The notes under the pieces: generated by a model
Databases searched by the model: none
Seen by the model: the letters and a program-made list of their open reading frames with translations, nothing else
What the model was told of the DNA's origin: nothing
Assembly: GCA_965225945.1 (NCBI GenBank)
Contig: CBDDBZ010000022.1
Coordinates: forward strand, 32,001 to 96,000
Length of the DNA: 64,000 nt
DNA from: Alphaproteobacteria bacterium
Lineage (GTDB): Bacteria > Pseudomonadota > Alphaproteobacteria > GCA-2731375
Reading direction: 5' to 3'
In this document: in pieces, positions 10,173 to 19,393 of the stretch
How the letters are laid out: every line of letters starts with the position of its first letter
How positions within the stretch are numbered: position 1 is the first letter of the stretch
Translations under genes and position numbers: made by a program

Positions 10173-10979
10173 TCTCTATCTTCCCAAATCGCCCGGTACC
10201 CCCGGTGGTAATTCCGCCCCACGCGGCCCAAGTTGATGCCTATCGTAGAGGTGGTAGGAATTCTCCTCCAGCAGGATTGCCCGCTGGCCCAAATAATGCG
10301 GCGTGACCTCCCAGCGAACCATGACCTCTCCGTAGGACTGTGGTCCGGAACCATCCGGCGACAGCACGGCATAGACGATATGCTCGTCGAACATGGGAAA
10401 CAGCCGCGCCCTGACCATGTCACGATCACCGTGATCGCCAGGTCGCGCCGGAGGGCGTTCTCCGGCCGCGACCCGCTGATGATAGTTCCGATATTTGTCC
10501 ATACACAATACGAGGTCGCAGGCCTCGAATGGCATGGCGATCACGGGCCGCGACATTTCGGCAAGATTTTCCAGCGCGTCCAAAAGCCGTGTGACGCCCC
10601 GTGCCTCGCAATCCAACGTCGCCGCGTCATGGCGATCCCGCAACGCCACGCGCTCGTCCTCGGCCATCCTGCGATGCGGGAACCCGAGGAACTGTTCGCA
10701 GCGGCAACGCACTTGCCAATATTCAACGGGTTCATGGCAATTCGAGCATACATCCATCGCAGCGGCCGCCATATCGTCAACGAAATCGTGCGATGTCAAT
10801 CTAGCAGTGCAATCACCCACCTAACAATACGCAAGCATGGCAACCGTATTTGCGCCCAATTTCATTAGAGCACTTTCCGACCAGGTTGAATCGTTTGATG
10901 GGCCAAATCGGCCCCTGGGGCAGGCGCGCCGCGCCGCGCGATGTGGTTCATCGGGCAAGCGGCGCAACGCACCCCAGGG

Positions 10980-11388
10980 GCCGAGCGATGCGCCCATGCC
11001 GACGAGGCCGCCTTCCGCCTCGACAAGGAGCAATACGGCATCGGACTTCACCTTGGTGCCGATATCGGTGCGATGGCGCCGCTCCGGGGGAACGGGATCG
11101 GACATGGGGATGGCGCGTACCGCCGAAATTTTCATCGCTCAGCTCCCTTGCTCGAGGCGTCGCGGCCCACGGCGGCCTTGGTCCGGGCCGGCCCGGGCGT
11201 CACGCCGTCATCGAGCGCGCCAGGCGCGCCGACAAGGCCTGGGCCCACGTCCTGCACGGCTCGAACGGCTACCTGATGCTCGTGCGTTTGCTCCAGGGTC
11301 TCGGCTTCGGAATCATGCTCAGTTACGTCGGTTTCTTGGTCTCGTGAGCTCGCGGCGATGGCTCGAGGACCGGAATCAAGCCGCCAGC
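10980..11388. repeat. Diverged ~410-bp direct repeat, copy 2, with truncated racemase 5' fragment (10980-11135)
   Basis: MKISAVRAIPMSDPVPPERRHRTDIGTKVKSDAVL matches the start of 527-1696, then breaks off. Confidence 0.92.
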
Positions 11389-11389
11389 G

Positions 11390-11445
11390 TGTCAATCGAC
11401 GCCGAATTTTGCCCCCTATCGGCGTGCAAAATCGAGCCCCCTTCC
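11390..11445 (+). mobile_element. Orphan IS21-like terminus
   Basis: TGTCAATCGACGCCGAATTTTGCCCCCTATCGGCGTGCAAAATCGAGCCCC resembles IS21 ends with repeated subterminal motifs; sits at the repeat breakpoint. Confidence 0.55.
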
Positions 11446-12913
11446 CTGCGCTCGCTCGGAGGTTGTCCATAGGGGGACCCGCGCACGCCGTCTAGTGCCC
11501 ACCGACACGGAGCGGCGCGCGCTGGGGGCGGTGGTTCAGATAGCGGCGGAAGCGCTGATCGACGGCGGCCAGACGGTGACCTTCAGCTTCGACGTGATGG
11601 GCCGTCGTCTCTCCAAGACCGTGGACGGCGTCGCGAGCCTCAGAGAGTGGCGCCCACCTCGATGGTCGCCAGCATCCTGGCGAGGCAGTCGACCATCTCG
11701 TCGAGCGCATCGTCGTGATCGAAGTCGGTGATCCGCGGCCGCCGCGTGCCGCCTTCGCTGCTCACGTCACGGCACAGCTTGCCACTGTCCCAATCGGCAA
11801 ACACCGCATACTCCATCTTGCCGAGGCGGAAGCCGTACGCGTGATCGTTGTCATGCACCTTGATCTGCGGCGTCTCCCGCAGGATCTCCGAGATTCCCGC
11901 GGCATCGACCTTCTTGCGGAACGCGGCAAGATTCTGCCTGCCGAGGTCGAAGGTGGCGCTGCGCATATTTTCCTCGAACTCGGCCATCTCCGCCGCGATC
12001 TCCGCGGCGCGTCGCTTGATTGCCTCGGTGCGGTCATTCATCAGCCCCTCCCCCCCGTCCATCGACTCGGCCTGGCGGGCCTCTTCGCCCTTGCGAGCCT
12101 CTCCGGCCTTACGTGGCTTCTCGGCCTTGCGGGCCTCCTCGGCGAGGCGCTTCTCTTCGGCGAGCCGGGCCTCCGCGGCCTTGCGCGCTTCCTCGGCCTC
12201 GCGGGCCTCCTCGGCGAGGCGCTTCTATTCGGCGAGCCGGGCCTCCTCGGCCTCGCGCGCTTCCTCGGCGAGGCGCTTCTCTTCGGCGAGCCGGGCCTCC
12301 GCGGCCTTGCGCGCTTCCTCGGCCTCGCGGGCCTCCTCGGCGAGGCGCTTCTCTTCGGCGAGCCGGACCTCCTCGGCATTGCGGGCTTCCTCGCCCTTGC
12401 GAGCCTCTCTGGCCTTACGTGCCTTCTCGGCCTTGCGGGCCTCCTCGGCGAGGCGCTTCTCTTCGGCGAGCCGGGCCTCCGCGGCCTTGCGCGCTTCCTC
12501 GGCCTCGCGACGTTCCTCGGCGAGCTGTGCCTCCGGTTGCTGCCGAGCCGTGGCGGCGGCCCTTTATCTTTGAACCATCGCCGAAATGTTCTGTGATCGC
12601 GATCTGAGCTTCGTCGTCCACCATCGCGAAATAGGCCGCCACTTCCTGGCTTTCCTTATCGATTCGGACAATGATGGCCCGGCTGTCGAATATGATCGGC
12701 CCGGTCGGGAAACTCGCCGAAAACGTGATATCGACGCGGTCGGTTATGTCGCAGTCGATGACACAGGGTTTCAACATGAACGCACGGGAGGACCAATCGT
12801 TCAAGTTAAAGGCCTGCCCGTTGATTTCAACCATCCCGTGATCGACCTGCTCGCGCGGCTCTTGACGATCGACCTTCAGGCTCCTTTTTAAGCCCTTCAT
12901 GCGCTTAAATGAT

Positions 12914-13938
12914 GGCTCAATTCGTGAATTGTATGCATTAGTGATAGAGTGCCTGGAACGTCAGGAGGTTGGGTTATGGACGGCAAGGGTTTCCAGGTGT
13001 GGCTTTCGGCGGCGCGCGGGCTGACGCGCGCGCAGCGGCGCGAGGCGCTCGCGGTGCTGTCGGGCCGGAGCGAGGGCGAGGCATCGAAGGCCGCGATCGA
13101 GCTTGGTGTGGACGAGGCCCGGCGCTGTCCGCACTGCGCGAGCGAAGGGGCGGTTTCGCGCGGTATGGCGCGGGGTCTGCGGCGCTACCAGTGCAAGGGC
13201 TGCGGCAGGACCTTCAACGCGCTGAGCGGTACGCCGCTGTCGGGCTTGCACCACAAGGAACGCTGGCTGTCGTTCGGGGCGTCGCTGGCGAAGGGGGAGA
13301 CGGTGAAGGCCTCGGCGGCGCGCTGCGACGTGGCGGTGAGCACGGCGTTCCGCTGGCGTCACCGGTTTCTGGCGGCGGCGCGGAGCGATTCGGAGGTGCT
13401 CAAGGGGATCGTGGAAGCGGACGAGACCTACGTCCTGGAGAGCCGGAAGGGCGCGCGCGGGCTGGGGCGCAAGGCACGGCGGCGGGGCGGCAAGGCGAAG
13501 AAGCGCGGCCTCTCGCGCGAGCAGGTACCGGTTCTCATGGCGGCGGACCGGAGCGGAACGACGGTCAGCGCGGTGCTGCCCAGGGTCGATGCGGCGGCGC
13601 TCACGGCTGCCCTCGACCCGGTGGTCGCGAAGGACGCCCTGCTGGTCTCCGACGGCGGCGCGAGCTACCCACCGTGCGCCGCCGCGCTCGGGGTGAGCCA
13701 CGAAGCACTCAACCGCTCGATGGGGGAACGGGTTCGGGGCGATCTGCATGTGCAGACGGTGAACAGCCGCCACAGCCGGTTGAAGGACTTCCTGCGTCCC
13801 CGCCGCGGCATCGCCACCCGCTATCTGGACAACTACCTGAGCTGGTTCCACCTCGTCGGCCTCGCCCCCGGCGCCAATGACCGAGCCTGCCTCGCCGCCG
13901 CCGTAACAAGGTGACGCATACAATTCACGAATTGAGCC
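12914..13938 (+). mobile_element. IS1595-family element
   Basis: 23-bp IR GGCTCAATTCGTGAATTGTATGC; 8-bp TSD TAAATGAT (12906-12913, 13939-13946). Confidence 0.95.
12976..13914 (+). CDS. IS1595 transposase
   Basis: CPHC..CKGC zinc ribbon, VEADETY, LVSDG, HVQTVNSRH, GIATRYLDNYL. Confidence 0.93.
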   Translation: MDGKGFQVWLSAARGLTRAQRREALAVLSGRSEGEASKAAIELGVDEARRCPHCASEGAVSRGMARGLRRYQCKGCGRTFNALSGTPLSGLHHKERWLSFGASLAKGETVKASAARCDVAVSTAFRWRHRFLAAARSDSEVLKGIVEADETYVLESRKGARGLGRKARRRGGKAKKRGLSREQVPVLMAADRSGTTVSAVLPRVDAAALTAALDPVVAKDALLVSDGGASYPPCAAALGVSHEALNRSMGERVRGDLHVQTVNSRHSRLKDFLRPRRGIATRYLDNYLSWFHLVGLAPGANDRACLAAAVTR

Positions 13939-14398
13939 TAAATGATAATAGCATCGTCCTCCCCCCTGCAGCTCCAGAAGGCGATCGCCCGGGGTCGCGC
14001 GAGGCGGATGCCCGGCAACTCCGGAGAGGCCCCGGGTGGACGCTGGCGCCCGCCCGCGTCGCGCACTCGCTGCGCGGCGGCCCTTCCCCGCCACCGGCGG
14101 GATCGCATTCCCCCCTGGGCCCGCACGCCGGCTGGCTTGTCATCGCGCGCCTGCCGGGGCCTTTGGGGTGGGTGGGTTACCTGGGATTCCCCCAGATAGC
14201 TCCCCACGGTTGCCGACGATGGTAGCATAAAGGACGTCGCAACCACAATTGCCGTTGTGAGCCGGGTGATGCGCGTCCGTCTCGGCGGATCGGCGACCCT
14301 CACGGAGCCGTTCCCCGAGAGACCAAAAGGACATGCCTCGCCGCACTCACCGGCCCAGAAGCGCACGACTTGGCGCTCGACTACGGGCAAAAGCAAGA

Positions 14399-16154
14399 TC
14401 ACCGGAATGGCGGGCGCGCGCCCTGGCGGGCCTTGGCGATGCTGAATACTTCAAAGGTCGCAGGCTCGAGGCTGACGGGTTCTTCAACCGCTGCATCGAC
14501 CTCTGCCGCGAGCACGGCGACGCGGCGCCGTTCGCCGAGACCCCGAGCGCGCGGTCGAGCGCGGCGCGTGAGGCGTTGTCCGCTACGGAGCGGGACAACG
14601 TTGGCGTCGCGAGCCTCGGAGAGTGCCGCCACCTCGATGGTCGCCAGCATCCTGGCGAGGCACTCGACCATCTCGTCGAGCGCGTCGTCGTGATCAAAGT
14701 CGGTGATCCGCGGCCGCCGCGTGCCGCCTTCGCTGCTCACGTCACGGCACAGCTTGCCACTGTCCCAATCGGTAAACACCGCATACTCCATCTTGCCAAG
14801 GCGGAAACCGTATGCGTGATCGTGATCATGCACCTCGATCTGCGGCGTCTCCCGCAGGATCTCGGAGATTCCCGCGGCATCGACCTTTTTGCGGAACGCG
14901 CCAAGATTTCGCATACCGAGGTCGAAGATGGCGGTGCGCATAGTTTCCTCGAACTCGGCCATCTCCGCCGCGATCTCGGCAGCGCGTCGTTTGATCGCCT
15001 CGGTGCGGTCATTGATCGGTTCCCCACCGACGTCGATCGGGTCGGCCTCGCGCGCTTCCTCGGCCCTGCGCTTCTCTCCAGCGAGGCGCGCTACCTCGGC
15101 CTCGCGTGCCTTCTCGGCCTTGCGCTTCTGTTCGGCGAGCCGGACCTCCTCGGTCTTGCGCTTCTGTTCGGCGAGCCGAACCTTCTCGGTCTTGCGCTTC
15201 TGTTCGGCGAGGCGCGCTTCTCGACCTTGCGCTTCTGTTCGGCGAGGCGCGCTTCCTCGGCCTTGCGCTTCGCTTCAGCGAGGCGCGCTTCCTCGACCTT
15301 GCGCTTCTGTTCGGCGAGGCGCGCTTCCTCGGCCTTGCGCTTCGCTTCAGCGAGGCGCGCTTCCTCGGCCCTGCGCTTCTCTCCAGCGAGGCGCGCTACC
15401 TCGGCCTCGCGTGCCTTCTCGGCCTTGCGCTTCTGTTCGGCGAGCCGGACCTCCTCGGTCTTGCGCTTCTGTTCGGCGAGAGCTTTACGCAGGAAAATGG
15501 GTGCACACTACATATAGTGGGTCTGGGTGCCGAACCTTCTCGGTCTTGCGCTTCTGTTCGGCGAGGCGCGCTTCCTCGACCTTGCGCTTCTGTTCGGCGA
15601 GGCGCGCTTCCTCGGCCTTGCGCTTCGCTTCAGCGAGGCGCGCTTCCTCGGCCCTGCGCTTCATCTTCTTCGGCGAGGCGCGCTTCCTCGACCTTGCGCT
15701 TCTGTTCGGCGAGGCGCGCTTCCTCGACCTTGCGCTTCTCTTCGGCGAGCCGGGCCACCTCGGCCTCGCGGGCTTCCTCTACGAGCCGTGCCCTCGCGGC
15801 GATCCTTTGCTTTGAATCATCGCCGAAATGCTCTGTGATCGCGATCTCGGCCTCGTCGTCCAGCATCGCGAAATTGGCCGCCAGTTCCTGGTTTTTCTTA
15901 TCGATTCGGACAACGATGCCCTGGCAGTCGAATTTGATCGGCCCACTCGGGAGGTGCGCCGAAAACTTGATATCGACGCGGTCGTTTATCTCGCAGTCGA
16001 TGACACAGGGTTTCGCCATGAACGCGCGGGCGGACCAATCGGTCACGTAAAAGGCCTGGCCATTGATTTCAACTATGCCGTTCCAGATTTCCTCGCGTTC
16101 CTCTCGGCGCTTGGCAAAGCGCTTCTTGCGCTTAAAGGATTTCAGCATCGTCAT
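14399..16154 (-). pseudogene. PilZ-like/coiled-coil protein, paralogue B (frameshifts and a 49-bp insertion in the repeat region)
   Basis: RREER and DWSA motifs; AEQKRKVEEARL repeats; C-terminal domain nearly identical to paralogue A; 3' end uncertain. Confidence 0.72.
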
Positions 16155-16668
16155 CTCTTGCTCCAGCTCCAGAAGGCGGATCGCCGACACAATTCCGGCA
16201 CCCTGTGGTCCCTCCCAGCCGCTCGCGAGCCGATGGCCCGAAAGAGGCATTACTCGTGCCCAACAGGATTCTTCAACCCCGTCGTTCGGAGATATTTAAC
16301 ATGGACCGGTCTGCCCTACATCACCCGTTTGAGCATAAAGTTGGATAAGTGATAAATTTGACATTCCCATGCTTCGAGGGACTAGAGGGACTTCAGGGGC
16401 TCTCCCGTGACATCATGCGCCTCGGCTTCCGCCGTGTGTGGCGGCCCGTCTCGCAGGGATGGCGTCGTCTTGGAGCGTGGGGGGATGTCCCTTGCGTCCT
16501 TTATGACACAGCTGCATCTGCACGGCTTTACTGTAACTACCTCATGTCCCGCTCCGGTTTGGCTTCACGCAGGAACGATTGAATCGCTTGGCCGCAACTG
16601 ATGGTGTGGGATTCCCATGGGGGTGTTTAGTCTATATGTTGAGGGGTTGATTGACGAAGACGCAATAA

Positions 16669-18008
16669 GCTTGTGTAGCGTGAGGTCTGGAAATTTGGCT
16701 TCGCCCCGCGCCGGGGTATACCCCGGCGCGGGGCGATCCGTCATTTTGGTTATCCATGAAAGCGTCCAAACAAACATGGAGAACCAGTATGCGGAAAGAC
16801 CAGGATAGCGCTGTCGAGGCTTTGGTGGAACAATTGATCGAAGGCGGTAGCGAGAACATGGCGACGGTCTTCGCCGGCCTTTTCAATCTCGCCATGCGGA
16901 TCGAGCGGGAGAGGTTCTTGGGCGCCGGCCACTATGAGCGCACGCCCGAGCGGCGGGGATACGCCAACGGCACCAGACCCAAGAAGATCGACACCCCGGC
17001 CGGTACGGTGAGGCTCGAGGTTCCCAAGACCGCCGGTCATGAGGCGCCTTTTTACCCCCAAGCCCTGGAGCGCGGACGGCGCTCCTGCCGCGCTGTCATG
17101 CTGGCCGTGGCGGAGATGTATATCAAAGGCGTCTCCACCCGTGACGCCGAGGCGGTGATGCGCGAGTTCGGCCTGGAGAGCCTGTCGTCGAGCCAGGTCA
17201 GCCGCGCCGCCAAGCTCTTGGATGGGGAGCTGGATGCCTGGCGCAACCGGCCGCTGGGCGAGATCCGCTACCTGCTCCTCGACGCGCGCTATGAGAAAGT
17301 CCGAGAGGGTGGCGTGGTGCGCGACGCCGCCGTGCTCTCGGTGATCGGCATCGGCCCCGACCAGCGCCGCCGGGTGCTCGGTGTTTCCTGTGCGCTCTCC
17401 GAGGCCGAAGTGCACTGGCGCGCCTTCCTGGAGACCCTGGTTGCCGGTGGCATGCGCGGTGTCGCCTATATCGTTTCCGATGATCATCCAGGCCTCGGCG
17501 CCGCGCGCAAGGCCGTCCTCGGCGGCGCCGTCTGGCAGCGCTGTCAGTACCATCTGGCTCAAAACGCCATCCATCACGCCCCCAACCTCGCCATCCGAAA
17601 GGCCATCGGCAAGGAGCTGCGCCGGGTCTGGAACGCCGCCGACGGCAAGGCCGCCGAGGCCGAGCTGGGCCATCTGGTGGCGGCCTACCGCGACAGCGCC
17701 CCCAAGCTCGCCGATTGGCTGGAGACGGCGATCCCCGAGGGCCTCGCCGTCTTCGCCCTGCCCGAGCGCCACCAAAAGCGCATGCGAACCTCGAACCCCA
17801 TGGAGCGATCCATCCAGCAGGAGATCAAGCGCCGCACCGTAAAGGTCAGGGTCTTTCCCAACGAGGCCTCGCTCGAACGTCTGGTCACCGCCATCCTCGT
17901 CGAAATCGACGAGAAATGGGAAACCACCGAAAAACCCTACATCACTTGGAAAGCAGAGGATGACTGATCAACGGCGTTCCGAATTTCCACACATCAGGTT
18001 GCTCAATC
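16669..18008 (+). mobile_element. IS256-family element
   Basis: Imperfect 27-bp IR ending TGGAAATT; 8-bp TSD CGCAATAA (16661-16668, 18009-18016). Confidence 0.93.
16789..17967 (+). CDS. IS256 transposase
   Basis: EMYIKGVSTR, YLLLDARYEKVR, IVSDDHPGL, WQRCQYH, RTSNPMER. Confidence 0.95.
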   Translation: MRKDQDSAVEALVEQLIEGGSENMATVFAGLFNLAMRIERERFLGAGHYERTPERRGYANGTRPKKIDTPAGTVRLEVPKTAGHEAPFYPQALERGRRSCRAVMLAVAEMYIKGVSTRDAEAVMREFGLESLSSSQVSRAAKLLDGELDAWRNRPLGEIRYLLLDARYEKVREGGVVRDAAVLSVIGIGPDQRRRVLGVSCALSEAEVHWRAFLETLVAGGMRGVAYIVSDDHPGLGAARKAVLGGAVWQRCQYHLAQNAIHHAPNLAIRKAIGKELRRVWNAADGKAAEAELGHLVAAYRDSAPKLADWLETAIPEGLAVFALPERHQKRMRTSNPMERSIQQEIKRRTVKVRVFPNEASLERLVTAILVEIDEKWETTEKPYITWKAEDD

Positions 18009-18496
18009 CGCAATAACTAGACGTATTGAAGCCGTTCGTGGTCAGTTTGATGAGCTTGTGTGGAAGCTGGAACTGCAGAAAGTCACCGCTGCACAGATGG
18101 CCAGCCTGAACATCCAAGGACGTGATTTCCAGCCAGAATGGATTTACACCATCTCACCGAGAAACCAACACTGAAGCAGTCGTTCTTGCGCAGCTCCTTA
18201 ATACAGGGAGGCCCTGAATGTTCCTGTTTTATTCGCACGATGGAGTTAGGCTTGGCGCATATGGGCTGGAGCTTGTGGAGGGCTGTGCGAGGCGCGGGAG
18301 GTTGGCGTTTCAAGGACACTACGGATCGGAGGCGGGCAGCATCGAGGCGCTGGTCCGGCCGCGCTGGCCGCAAGGCCATGTCCGCACCCGCTTGCGCAAA
18401 TGGTTCCTGGCGCCATGGTGGATGGCGCGCGACGAGATCGCGTGGCTGATGGCCCACAATTCGCACCAAGCGTGACGCTGGCGCGTCGCGCGGCAC

Positions 18497-19041
18497 CTAG
18501 AACGGAATTTCGTCGTCCAGATCGCCGCCGCTCGGGCCAGCGCCGCCGAAGTCGCCGCCGCCACCACCGGGCGGCCGCCGCCGCCCCGGTCGTCTTGGCC
18601 GCCGCCGCCCCGGTCGTCTTGGCCGCCGCCGCCCCGGTCGTCTTGGCCGCCGCCGCCATAGTCGTCTTGGCCGCCCTCGCCGCCACCGGCCCGGCTGTCG
18701 AGCATCGTCAGCTCGCCCCGGTAGCGCTGCAGGACGATCTCCGTGGTGTAGCGGTCCTGGCCCGATTGGTCGGTCCACTTGCGGCTCTGGAGCGCGCCCT
18801 CGATATAGATCTTGGAGCCCTTGCGCAGATATTGTTGCGCAATGCGGCCGAGATTCTCGTTGAAGACCACGACGCGATGCCACTCCGTCTTCTCGCGCCG
18901 CTCGCCGGTCTGCTTATCCTTCCAGCTCTCCGACGTCGCCATGCTCAGATGGACGATCGGATCGCCGTTCTGGGTGTGCCGGACCTCGGGATCGCGCCCG
19001 AGATTGCCCACCAAAATGACCTTGTTGACGCTGCCCGCCAT
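18497..19041 (-). CDS. ssb: Single-stranded DNA-binding protein (apparent 1-bp deletion near 18570)
   Basis: [26 protein letters not shown]; the acidic tail LDDEIPF is in a different frame. Confidence 0.93.
18577..18672 (-). repeat. 24-bp tandem repeat (GGGGQDDR/Y, four units) in the SSB linker
   Basis: gccgccgccccggtcgtcttggcc three times plus one variant. Confidence 0.9.
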
Positions 19042-19393
19042 GCTTCCCCCCCCCCCCCCGGGTTTTCGGCCTCGAATCGGCCGCCCCACCCGGCCGATTC
19101 GCCTCGCCCGACTATAGGCGCTCCGAAGCCCTTCCCGCTAGCGCAATATCGGCACGAATCGAACCGGTGCGGTGCCATCCGTTTGGATGAAATTGCTCTA
19201 TTTCCCAAGAGGGTAGAGCAGCTTTAGCCGCCAATTGGATCGCCGGAAGCAATTTCCTGTTGGACGGATGCTGCTCTCGCCGGCAATACCTGCTATTCAA
19301 GGGTCGGACGCGCAAGCATCGGGGCGGCGCGCTCGATCGCTATCCACACGAGTTGCCCGTCGTCGGCGACGGCCCCATGGTGACACGGTAAGC

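Larger units (their letters stand above)
8304..10757 (-). pseudogene. Hypothetical protein (~282 aa reconstructed) with N-terminal Cys motif, split by IS66 and a +1 frameshift near 10200
   Basis: Removing IS66 and one TSD copy joins GYRAIWEDRE to KLVAAKLG; stop is 3 bp before the TPR gene start. Confidence 0.8.
11640..13954 (-). pseudogene. PilZ-like domain + Ala/Glu/Arg/Lys coiled-coil repeats + C-terminal domain, paralogue A (IS1595 in the first codons; frameshift near 12565)
   Basis: Reconstructed start MLLSFKRMKG; RQEPR and DWSS motifs; AEEARKAAEARLAEEKRL repeats are in frame with 11640-12062. Confidence 0.72.

Noticed and set aside
14390-14525. Plus-strand fragment ARALAGLGDAEYFKGR..FNRCIDLCREHG resembling the TPR region of adenylate cyclase-like proteins
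   Set aside because: Too short and lacks a start or context; at most debris
12060-15790. Repeat arrays as a possible CRISPR array
   Set aside because: No constant repeat with unique spacers; the units encode a charged helical protein and no cas genes are present
19060-19393. Expected alphaproteobacterial LexA box between ssb and uvrA
   Set aside because: No convincing GTTC-N7-GTTC or GAAC-N7-GAAC seen; only a TGCTCTA/TAGAGCA hairpin of unknown role
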